Positions 14,273-25,800 of a DNA stretch of 64,000 bases are shown here, one piece after another (within the stretch, counting starts at the first letter, position 1; each line of letters begins with the position of its first letter). The notes under the pieces are model-generated. The model saw only the letters and a program-made list of their open reading frames with translations. It did not search any database and had not been told where the DNA came from. Made by a program: the position numbers and the translations under genes. The stretch is from positions 2,714,485 through 2,778,484 of the forward strand of contig CAJINV010000011.1 of assembly GCA_905178155.1 (NCBI GenBank). The letters are read 5' to 3'. This DNA comes from Amoebophrya sp. A120 (Eukaryota; Protista; Dinoflagellata).

Positions 14273-15047
14273 TCACCTCGATTCCCGGATCACTTGGACT
14301 AACTCCTTCAGGGAATCTTCGGTAACCAGGCCAACATCGCCCGCGTAGTCCTCAAACATATTCTCTACGTCGGTGTCGCGGAAGCCCATGGGCGTGCACA
14401 GCTCCCGGACACGGTCCAGGTCGAGCCTGTGGTAAGATGTAAAACACATATGTTTTAACACGGTGATGATGCGCAGATCTTGTGTGCAGGGGCGCATGCG
14501 TCTGCAAATCTTGAGGATGTAATTGTAAAGAAACCGTGAAATGACTGAAATCACAAGATGACAATCAGCATCGTAGTAGTAAGTACTTTCCTCCCCTAGC
14601 CAGCTTGTCAAACATTTCCCTAACGTCGACGCCGGATTCGATTTGAGCTGTGTTCTGCTCCTGCACTACGTTCTCGAAATCGGCAAAAGCGATCTTCATC
14701 TCTTTGCCCTCTGTATTGGTTTGGTTTTGATCACATAACTTTCATCCGCAACTTTCAATCATGTGCAGTTAAAACACGTAAATGGAGTGGATGTCGTGTG
14801 CACAAGACAATGGCAACATGCACAAGACAATGGCAAAAAGGATTCGCCGCTTAGATTTTTGATAAATACCGTGATCCTTTTTTATGCACGCTTCCCTTAC
14901 TGGCTTCAGGTACAGCTTCGGGTTCAGACACAGGGAGTTCAACGCAAGTTCCAAAGTGTCCTCCGCCGGTACACCACATTCAAAGCCCTTGACGTAAAGA
15001 TCATACGCGTCCTTGATCTGGACTGAGGTTAGGGAACGAGCCGCCAT
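14273..15047 (-). CDS. Divergent calmodulin/centrin-like EF-hand protein (151 aa, 3 exons)
   Basis: Exons 14870-15047, 14587-14710 and 14273-14426 with GT-AG introns total 456 nt. Helices QIKDAYDLY, IAFADFENVV, VREMFDKL and VENMFEDY follow the 4-EF-hand layout. Confidence 0.7.
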
Positions 15048-15790
15048 GATTTTTTGGTTAGGTGTCAGACAAGCTCGTGCGACTCAGAAGCTTTCTTTAT
15101 GAAGGGTCTGCAGGAAGAACTGCTACTATGGCGGTGGAGACTCATCTGTTCTTTTGTTCTGAGAAGACCTGGCTAGGCTAGAAGAATCTGCTCTCCCGTC
15201 CTCTCGACGCAAGCGATGTGCAGACTTTTTCTCTCTTTCACTGAATCAAAAATACAGCTCGAAATAGTTCTAAGAAGCCTCGCACCTGCAAAAGGCGGGT
15301 AGGGACAGTACCGCTTGGTTTTGCGTTTGTCGATTTTGTTTGTCATATCTTCCGCAGCCAACTTTTGCAGCTACTCGTCCTATGCTCAGCTGGTTCATGA
15401 CGAGCAACGAGGACGACGATAAACAGAACGAGGATGAAGCATGCAGACAACATGTTGTGTACAACCATTCGCGCAAGGTAGGAGCGCCGCCGAGACTTTA
15501 CCTCGGTGGTCTTTCAGCTCTCTAGTTGCAGGAGCTTGAGATGAGAGAGCTACTAGTTGTTTGTTCGGACTGTTGATGACTTTCTACAAAAAGACTGGGA
15601 CAGTATGAAACTAACGTCTGGAAATGCGGTACAGATAACGGAAATCGAAATTCAAATTCTACATGTTTTTGTCTTTCTTGTCTGAGCAACAGAGGGGCAA
15701 GTTGCTGTGCCTTTGCTCGCATGTCCAAACTTCTTGGAATTTGGACCTCCTCCACATCACCTTGCGGTTCCAGCTGCGAAGCAGTTTTTC

Positions 15791-16595
15791 TTACGCGGCC
15801 TGCTTGCAAACACTGTAGAGGTCACCGCCACCCAGGTCCTTGAGCATCTTCGTCAAGCCGACGAAAGTGTTGAAATACGCGATTTTCTTGTTGCTGTCGT
15901 AGTAGCAGGCAGGGAGAAAGGAGTCTCCACTAATGGAGTTCACGGTGGCCATCTGAAAGATTTTTTCATCCTCTTACGATTTCGTGTCAACAATTTAGGG
16001 AACAAGGGGACGGCAACAACACATAATTGCATGTGTACGCACACAAGAAATATGCCAGCATCGATTGATCACGATTATCTTACAACGCAGTCTTAATTCT
16101 ACCTTTCGCTCCATCCCCAGTCGCATCACGGCTTCGTTGCACTCTTCGATCGATGGTAAAACGTTCTGGGCTGGGCAATCTTTGGTCTGATCATTCTCCG
16201 CGTAGAACGTCATCAACGGAAATTCGACGGCACCTGTTAAATTCAGTTATTTGATTGCGACAATTTTTCTCCATGTCAATATGTAACATCAAGTGCTTTT
16301 CGGTCCTTTCCTGGCCGTAGAGCAACGCACGCTTCAAGTAGAACCTTATAATTGACAAGGACTTACTTGAAGTCTGCATCTTCTTCCCATTTTTCGTCTT
16401 CCACGTGGTGTACTTCCCAGCTCTTTTCGCGCGCTGCGCCCTGCTGCGCTGCTTCGTCACCCGAAGCTTATTCTTGGTCTGGAGCAAAGCCGCTCGGCCG
16501 TGGTGGGTGTCTGGGTGCCGGTACGCGATTGCGCTGACGCCGGAGAGCTGTGAAACAAGGCTCCCGGAAAGGAACATGAGCAGGGGCTGCAACAT
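15791..16595 (-). CDS. Small putative secreted Cys-containing protein (3 exons)
   Basis: N-terminal hydrophobic leader. GT-AG introns at 16234-16366 and ~15953-16102. C-terminus reads CPAQNVLPSIEECNEA...PACYYDSNKKIAYFN...VCK. Confidence 0.6.
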
Positions 16596-16859
16596 CTTCG
16601 TCTTTGCAATGGTCGCGTCAGCTTTTTATCACAGTGACGCTCAGAGCGGCTTTTGTACGCTCTGATGAACCTTGCGAAAACGCCGTCAATGGGTCACTCT
16701 ACCTCTACTCGCACTAATTGCTTGTTGATACAAAGTAATAACGAGCAGGAAGAGACGATGCGGTAGAACTACATTCGTCTGCACTCTGACTCTCCTTCTA
16801 CTGACATCGCAGTCTGGCGACCAAACAGACATAATATAACTCTCGTCACTAATTCACGA

Positions 16860-17940
16860 CCAACCTTGTCGTGGGCGGGGCCAACGTCTCCTGTCCTCGC
16901 CGCTCATTGTTACTGGCACTGGCTCGCAGGTGGTCATCTTATGCATTCGCCTTCCACTGGAACAACCTCCACAGCTAACACGGCCACTACAAGCGCAGAG
17001 GAGCGCCACGCCCTTAAGTTGGGACATGGCCGTCCGTGTCTCTCTTGCTGTCATGCTACAACCATTTGCACACCACTTGTTCTTCGTCACGTCTTTGCAC
17101 CACATCAGCCACGCCGGCTGCATCAAATGGGCGATACCAATGACGGCAATACGGGCACCCGAATGGGGCCCGCAGGCTCGGTTCGTTGGGCTGCGGCATA
17201 ACCAACGCCAGGCATTCGCACACCCATGAAAAGAAACACGGGGGCCCACCTGCGTGGGGACCATTTGTTCATACCGCACGCGGGCGAGCACCCTCCCACG
17301 CACTGTGGGAAAGACTCATGGAACACGGCAGGGGCGGCGCACTCGTCTACCAGAAGATGGGGGCCCGCCGCGCACGGCCACACTCACAACTAATGGGCCC
17401 GGCCGGCCAAGAAATCAGAGGCCCAGCAATTGCGCACCGCCAGGCCCGCCGGCAGGCTTCCGACATGATTCGCGGGGGCTCGGCCCGCCGGCGCGCGGCG
17501 CCCGGCCGCGGTGGGGGAAGAAAAGGGGCAAAGCCCGAGACAACGAGCGCGCGCGCGCCCGCTCCTTGCCTCTGTGGGCCGTCGGGCCAACCAAACACCG
17601 GGCCGGGCGCCACTCTTTTGGCTTGCTGGCTGCGCTACCTCGATGGCTTGCCTCATCGTCTTCTGGCGGGCGCCCCGCGACGGCCGCGGCACTTCGGCGG
17701 CGACGGCGTCGGTCCAGAACATGCTCGCATTGCCAGCGGGTTCGCCGGTGTCTTCGACGGGGCCATGTGTCCGACGGCTCGGCCGGCCGCCCGCCTGCCT
17801 TTGAACTTATCGCCAGCGTGTGCGCGGGGGAAAGCGCCAAGACAGGTTTTAGCTTTTCTTGCCCAAATGAATCAGCGTCCATGCCGTTGCATACATACCC
17901 AATGAGACGCGATCGCACACGACATGTCTCGCTCAGGAGG
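16860..17940. other. GC-rich island of unknown function
   Basis: GC-rich block ending in a sequence that is repeated at ~19.0 kb. Boundaries approximate. Confidence 0.5.
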
Positions 17941-17947
17941 TGGCTCT

Positions 17948-17999
17948 TGTCTCTACTTTCCTCTCAATTTTGACTGGGCGTTTGTTCTTCGCTCGTTTA
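17948..17999. repeat. Direct repeat copy 1 (partner 19003-19053)
   Basis: Exact 19-mer ctctcaattttgactgggc within ~50 bp of similarity. Confidence 0.8.
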
Positions 18000-18159
18000 T
18001 CAGGTTCAGGATAGGATCTTGGTCATGATTATAATTTGCTCACTCTGTTGTACACGACAACACGACCATCGAAACAAGCAAGAGCGACACCAACGGGTCG
18101 CGTTGCTTGCTTGCAACGCAGTGTAAATGTAGCTTATGCCATATGGCAACAATGTAAGC

Positions 18160-18930
18160 GCTACTCGGCCCCGATTCAAGACAAGATACTATGCCCGGCG
18201 GCGGGCGTTGCCGCCAGAGGGGGCGGCGGGCCCGGCGGTCGCCCGGTCAAACCGACGGAACCGGGCCCGGCGGCTGCGCCGGGGGTATTTGGGGCAACAC
18301 CACGCGAACGGAAGCAGGAGGGCCGGCCGGCGCATGGGCGATATATCATGTTGCCAAGCATGCGGCGCGCGCGCCCACTAAAAACAATGCCGGGGAGGGG
18401 GGGCAGGCGCTGCGCGCTCACATGGCCGGGGCGAACCCACGCTAGAACCCCGACCACGAAATCGCTGCCCACACATTTGGCGCCGCGGGGTGGGCGCGTG
18501 GACTGCTGCAAGTGGCTGCGGGAGGATGGAGGCGCCGGCAACTCCCGCCGCGGGAAAGGCGCCAAGGGAAGCCGCGCCGCGCGGGCGTGCCCGCAGGAAT
18601 TCACAAAGAGGCCCACAGAGGGGCCCAACCGAAGAAGAAATACGCCCCGCCGCTTTCTGTATTTCGCGGCCCGCCTTTCTCCGAGCCGGGCCAGGCGGCC
18701 AACCGAATGGCCATAAAACGGCAGGGGCCTGCAGGGACGCCACGCCCCTGTCCACCGCGTTCCGACAACTCGGACCAGCCACCCCGCGCGAGTTTCATAC
18801 ACTCGCACTGACAGCGCCGCCGGGCAGACGTGCCTCAAAGCGGGCGCCACAATTGCCACTGGAGGAAAACTCCACAGCTGGTCTCGTCCTGTGCCGGGTC
18901 AACGTCCGCCTCTCCTATGGATCGGGCACA
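18160..18930. other. GC-rich island of unknown function
   Basis: GC-rich block followed by the second copy of the direct repeat. Boundaries approximate. Confidence 0.5.
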
Positions 18931-19002
18931 AATCAATGCTGTTCATTGTCGTAGACATATCGGGGCATACTAGGTCACTGTCAGCAATACTCATGCGGCC
19001 GC

Positions 19003-19053
19003 TGTCCCTCCTTTGCTCTCAATTTTGACTGGGCATTCTTGTTCGCTCGCTTA
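19003..19053. repeat. Direct repeat copy 2 (partner 17948-17999)
   Basis: tgtccctcctttgctctcaattttgactgggcattcttgttcgctcgctta. Confidence 0.8.
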
Positions 19054-19803
19054 AATGTATGTAAACGCAACTCTTTCTCTTCCTATTTGATTTATTGCGC
19101 CCGTCCGAAAACACAGTTCCTCCCGGCTTCGTTCGTGACACACCAAACACAGACACACACGACGAGGCGGAGCCACGACAGAGGGCGTCCATCATTGTGG
19201 AACGGCCATGCTGGGGCGCAATGCTCTCATTTTTGTATCTCATGCGAAGAAGCCCATGCGCTTGCATCCACCCAGCTACTTCCACAAAAGCTACTAATGT
19301 TGTTGTAGTCGTACTCGTTGTACTGGCAGCAAAAAAAGTTCACACATTGACTCGGGTTCTTGCAAGCTCCCTAAGCGTGCTATCACAGCTCATCAAATCA
19401 ATCGGAGAAACCAAATTCACATTTAAATAGCGTGTTATAGATACACACATTTCGCATCTTTTAACGTTGAACTGGTTGGTCTTTCTCTGAAAGCGGGACC
19501 CTAAGCTGGACTGGCCCTGGGGCGAATAAAAGCTCAACAGAATGATCAGCGCTATCAATCTAAAGTTCTAGGAATAAGCATAAGCGAAGATGGAGACGGA
19601 CTCTTGTTTAGAATAGTTTCAAATACATCTGACTTGATGTTCTAATACTCGGATGAGGACTTGTTGTGCTGTCTGTCAGAAATTCAAATTCTGCAAAACA
19701 AAATGTAAAAAAAAGAAAAGTCGCGATGATGCACCTATCCTGATGTTTTGCGTGTGGAATTCGAAGTATTACATGCTATCGCAAAAACCACAGTTTATTG
19801 TTA

Positions 19804-22800
19804 TCACACTTCAAACTCGTCGAAAAGCGCATTCATGTCACCATTGTTGTCTAAAATGCTCACATCGTCTTGATAAAATTCTTCAAAGAAAAAATCATCC
19901 ACTTCGTCCAGGTCCACCTCGACCTCAGGCTGCTTTGCTTCGGCTTCCTCCTTCTTCCTCCTCTTTGCGGCTGACGTCGCGTTCTGATTTATTTTCCGCT
20001 TGTTCGTTTTTTTCGTCGCGGCCCCTTGTTGCAGCACTTTCAGGTCGTTGTTTTGGATTTCATCGTCAGAGATGGGCGGAAGGAGGGTTTCAACAGAAGT
20101 TTCACGGCGTTTATTCTCTTCAGCTGGTGGTTTCTTCCTTGTTGGCCCTTGCTGGTTTTTTTTCTTCCGTAAAAACTCTTGCTCCGCATCACTGTCATGT
20201 AACACGCCCGGAATGTCGGGATCAAGATCGAGATCAAAGTCAGGGATTTTGTTGGACGTGTTCTTTCTGTCGCGCTTCTTATTCGCTGCGCCACCGCCAC
20301 CTCGGCCGTTACTTCTATTCCCGTTCCCGTTTCCGCCGCCCCCACCGGCTTTGGACGTTGTTCGCGTTTCAAAAGGGTCTTGTTTGTCGTCTTTAGACAA
20401 GAATTCGGCTTGCAAAATCCCGTCGTTGTTTTGTTCCTGTTCTAAAAACTCGACCGAGCGGTGATTCTTATTATATCCACCAAACTCTTCAAATCCACCA
20501 TCAACATCTCCTCCAGCAAGCAGCATCGACGCGTTGCTCATATCCGGCACCTGCCATCCGTCGCTGGCCAGGATACTTCGTCCATCTCTATGCAGTGCAA
20601 AAGTATCGTACTCGTATGAATGCAAATGCATTACAAATTTTTTCAGCATACGAAATAAAATTTGTCATGCTGATTTAGATTTACCCTAAGAGCAAGATTT
20701 GTAATGCATGTTTGCGATTACTACGAATACGATACTTTTGCACAGGATAATCTCCGTTGTTGAAAATTCCCCCGTCGCTCTCCAGAAAATCAAATCCAAA
20801 TTCCGAATTCAATTGCAGCTGCTTCTGCTCCCGCTCCGTTCTTTTCTCGATGTTTGCTGTCCGCTTCTGCTGCTGGTACCGGGAAGTGGAGGCAAATGCG
20901 TCAACTTTCTTCAGCCAGTCTTTCGCCTCAGCTTTGGTCACGCTGCGGTTAGTGGCAATGAGGACACTGGACACGTCATGGCTGGAGAGAAGAGTAGAAG
21001 CCGGATCTGGTTGTACTACAAACTGGTTCTGCTTGTTGTCTTGCTGCAGCGTCGTACTATTATCATTCCTGTCAACTACTACACCAAGCTTCTTTCTCGC
21101 CGCAGCCACTTCTGCCCGTTTCTTCTTCTCCAGCGCCGTCTTCGCTGCCAGTTTCTCCTCAAAGCGCAGCAGCTTCTTATCCCACTTCCGCAGCCTTTTC
21201 TGGTCTCTCTGCTTTTTTCTCTTCTCCTTTTGCTGCAGTCGCTCCAGCTTGGCCTGCAGTTCCTCTTCCGTTTTTTCCTTTTTCCGCATCTTCGCCGGAG
21301 GGGGTTTCGGGTTGTCATCAGCTAGCAAATCGTCCTCCTCGTCTTCCACAACGCTGCTGCTGTCAGATTTCATTTTAGACGCAACCGACTTCTCCGAGTC
21401 GCTGCTCACGCTGATCACGGAGTTGCTCGCGTCGTCGTCCTCGGTGAGGGAAATGGAGAGGTCTAGATCCAGTTCGCGGCCGAGGCCGTCGGTTGTGGTG
21501 ACAAGCTTTGTCGCTACTGTTGAGGAAGATGAAGAGGATGATGATGCGGATGTTGACTTCTGCTTGTCCAGCACTGCTTGTACCAGTTTCTGCCGCTCGT
21601 CGGCTGCATTGTCACCACCATCTTCCATACTAGTCAGCATTTTCTCCACGTCGAGCTTCACCCCATTCCCCGTTAGCTTCTCCCCCAGTTGCAATTTCAA
21701 AGAGTCGTGCACGACCAGCGTCTTCGACTGCAGCAGCACCTCATCGAATTTGCAAAAATCTTCCGCCTGCCGCGGGTTCGTCGTCAGCATCTCGTTGATT
21801 TCCCGCAAGGTGGGCAGATTGGAAGTCGGGAGCAGGAGGTCTTGTTGCGCTGCTCCCGCGGCGGAAGATGCTGACGAAGATGCACTAGACGGCGCGGGCG
21901 ATGGCGAAGCTGCTACTGCATCTGCATGACTTGGTGAAGCTGCCGCGAAAGGAGAGGGGGAGGACCCTGGGGAGGCGAAGACCGCGCTCGCATCTGTTCC
22001 GCCAAAGATCCAACTTGCCTTGTTGTTCACCGACGGAGAGTTGAGCATCGCGAGATGGGTGTTGGGTCGATTTTTGCTCTCATCTACACCGGCTTCACTC
22101 TCAACAGCAAAAAGGCCGGGTCCGAAGTTGCTAGACGGCGCAATAGATCCTAGAATCGCCTCGCCCATGTGCCGTGCCCGCAAGTAATCGTCCTGCATCA
22201 CGTGGGAGCGGTCGAGCAGCATCGAGCTTTCCACCCGTTGGTCCGCATCGCTGTACAGAATGCTCGGGTTCTTGTTTCGGCGTTCTTTGGTTCCGCGAAA
22301 AGCCGACGAAGAAGTTCTTGCAGCTCCTGCATCTTTATTTTGATCAACATCTTCTTTTTTCTCATCTTCGTAACCCGCCATATTGAAACGCACAGGGCTG
22401 AAGACCTGCTTGCTTCCAGTTTCTCTTTCTTCATCCTGTTTGCCGTCAAGAGGCTTTTGCTTTTCAACGTCATCTCGCAGCAGCTTGTCGCTTTTCGCTT
22501 TCGTGGATTTATCTTTACTTCCTTTGCCTGAAAGATCCTGCTTTCTCTGTCCGTTATTACTTCCGGTCGACGTCGTGCTGCTCATGTGCTGGGCGAAGTT
22601 CATTTTTCCGGTGTGCATTTCCCGCACATGGTTTTCCGACCAATCGTTGTGCAGGTGGAACTTCAAGACCAAGACTTCCTTCTGCTGCCCAATGCGGTGC
22701 ACCCGGTCCATCGCTTGGACATCATTCACCGGATTCCAGTCCGCGTCGAACATGATAACCTGAGGATTTCAAAGAATTCAGGGAGTGACCTTCATGTGAT

Positions 22801-25800
22801 TTTCAGTTTGGAAAAGCAGCCGAAGCCAAAACCTGCACAGATCACACATTCAAACAATAGTCCACTTGCAATTGATTCATCCTCACACCAGTTCCAAGTA
22901 AATTGTAATTATACCGTGTCCGCCGCCTGTAAATTGACTCCCACCCCCGCCGCCCGGGTCGTGCACAGCATCACCTGGGGACTCCTCCCTTCGTTCAGTT
23001 TCCGCATCTTTATGTACTCCTCCACGACGGCTTTGCTTTTCGGATTCGCAAACCCGGCCGCCAACACGTTCCCCAGATCGCCGACGGGAATCGTGTCAAG
23101 CTTTTCCATCGTCGGTATCCGGGTTTTTTGCAAGAGCTGGTGCTGTTTGTGCTTCGGAAAGACCGCCTGCGGCTTGTAGAAATCGTAGTTCTCGAATACA
23201 TTTGCCGTTTTTCTCAACGGCACGGCGGGCCAGTTGGCTAAAGCGTGTTTGACATTGTCTTCATCCGGGAACGAGCTGACGTCGATGTGGTTCACATCTT
23301 CCGGCATGTTTCGCATCAGGAGCGCAAGCTGCGGATCTTTGAGCAAAACCTTCTCCAGTGCCTCCCGGTTTTGCTTCTTCTGCTGTTTCTGGATGGTTTT
23401 CAGTGCGGTTTGGTGTGGGTGATCCGGATTATACACCATGCTGTCATCAAGGTCCACTCGGGATTGGTCGAGGAAAGAGGAAGCGTCAAGCAAAACGGAG
23501 TCGTCGTGTTGTTGCTCCATGGCTTTTTCAACCAGTAATTCCCGTTGCTCCGAAGCAGCTTGTGTTGCGGAAGGTTGCAATATAAGTTGGTGACCCGCCG
23601 CAGTCCCGTCTTGCTTGTTGTGCCGTTTCTCAGCCTTCCGGTATGTCTTCGCGAACTTTGCGAGTTTTTGTCGGATTCTCCGTTCCCGCTCGAACACGCA
23701 GCAGTTTTGCGAGTTGCCGGGGGCGCCTGCCTGGTCATTTAGAAGGTCAAGATCGTCGTCATCAATGGTTTTGCCCGCCGCCGATGTGGTTGCGCGCTTC
23801 ATCTTCGCATTTCTTCCTCTCGCTGCAACAGAAACTGCACGAGCCGCACTCCTGCCACCGACTCCGCTGAACCGGTCGATTTCCTTCTGGTACTCTTTTC
23901 GTGCGCTCATGGCGTCGATGCTGCAGAAATCGACTTCTTTCGCGGTCAGATACCGGGCGATCAGGTCCAGCATCTGTTTCAGTTGCGTGAAAATCACGAT
24001 CTTTTTCCTCGCCAGTAGCAGTTTCGGCAAGACCCGGTCGAGCAGCTCCAATTTGGGGCTGGTGCGGATTAAGTCGTCGATGGTCATGCTGTATCGGACA
24101 AATTCCTTGCTCCAATTGAGCGCCGGGTGCTGCGCAGACCTCCGCATCATCGCGATAGTGGTTTGCACCGCCGTTTCCTGCTTGTTTTCCAGGTCATTTT
24201 TATCGCCGTTCTTGTCATCCATCCTCGCTTGCATCTCTCTTCGCATCTTGTCGTCGATCTGCTTCTGCAGTGCGTTCCTCGGGACTTCTAGACACACCTC
24301 CCGTTTCGCGGGGAGATTGTGGAGGATATTTTGCTTTTCCCGGCGGAGCATGACGGGTTTTAGAAGCATCTTCACGAGATTCATCTGCAGCTTCGCATCT
24401 TCCTGCTGCTTGCTGCCGCTGTTCGGGGGCTCCATATTATCAAGAGCCAGGTCGAGATCGTCGCCGTTATCAGCATTTTTTCTCTTATTTCTCTTGTTCA
24501 TTCCCTTGTTAATTCTCTTCGACAATTTTTCGATTTGCTTCAAAACCGGATCTAAACAAGCCTGCTTCTTTTTCTTCTTCTTGTTCGTCGCTTCCACCAG
24601 CGTTGCGGTCGCGCCATCGCCGTACAGAATCGCGTTCTGATCTTCCTCAAAATCGTCTTCCTCTTCCTGCCTCGAAAAAACCCGCTTTCCGAAGAGAAGG
24701 GACACCAAGCCCCGCCAGAATTTCTTCAAGTCGTCCTGCACTGGCGTCCCGGTTACCAGAACACTCATGTTGCACCGGAGGTTCATCAAATGTTGAAAAT
24801 TTGCCGCTTTCGGATTTCGGAACCGGTGCGCCTCGTCGATAATGCAGACGTTGAATTTATCCTGTGTAAAAACGTACCCACCCCAGAGTTGTAATGCAAA
24901 TCTGCATGCTGAAAATGTTTCTCATGCGGAGCCCCATGAGAAGCATTTTCTAGTCGTGTTTTGCAATTTGTCATGCTCCAATCAGCATGATATGCTAGAT
25001 CTGTGATGCTGCTGAGCTAGCTCAAACAGCACTACACTACGAATCCAAATTTGTCATGCAAAACAGCCAAAGCTTGTGGATTTGTCTAGCCGATTCCCCA
25101 TCTTGACTATGGTGTGGGTACGTTTTTACTCAGGGTAAAATTTCTGTTTGCTGAAAAACTGCTCCTCCTTCGCGAGAATCTCCACCGTGGTGAGCCACAC
25201 CCGGTAGTGCCGCATCTGCAGCAGCCCTTTCAACGTCGCGCGCTGGTCGTAGTCGCCGACGAAGGGGAAAAAAAGACCGGATTCCATCTCCGGCTTCAAA
25301 TCGTCATTATCGAAAAAAGCGTAGTCGTCGTGGTTGTATCGTGTTTTCCTCTTGTTTTTCATGTCGTCGTCTCTGTCAACGTCCTTGGTTGATGTTGTTC
25401 CACCGTTATAATTGTTCTCGTCGAAATCATGGTCAAACAGCCTGCGCATCTCCCGGATCCAGAGCGGGAGAACTGGGGCCGGACAGATAACCAAGTGTGA
25501 CATGCAGCTGCTTGCACAACCTCCATAGCCGTCGCCTGCACCAGAGTAGGAAATGTCACTCGACAGTTGTGCATGCCTGGCGTTCATGTTCCTGCCAAAC
25601 ACATCCGTGTCTAAATGTTGCAGGTGATTTACTTCTTCATCCTCCACCTCGTCGAAGATACGTCTTCCCCGTCTTTGGAGCAGCAGATTTTCATTGTCGT
25701 GGTTATCACCCCCGCTCCCGTTGAGGGAGTTCATCAAACCATTATCCACCCAGTCCAAAAACGCGAGGCAACTGATCGTTTTCCCGAGGCCCATCTCGTC

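Noticed and set aside
14711-14869. Apparent in-frame stops suggesting a pseudogene or stop-codon reassignment
   Set aside because: Fully explained by a GT-AG intron.
6266-18954. Many overlapping 100-316 aa ORFs in the GC islands
   Set aside because: Open in all frames because high GC depletes stop codons. Composition is Arg/Ala/Pro/Gly-biased with no motifs.
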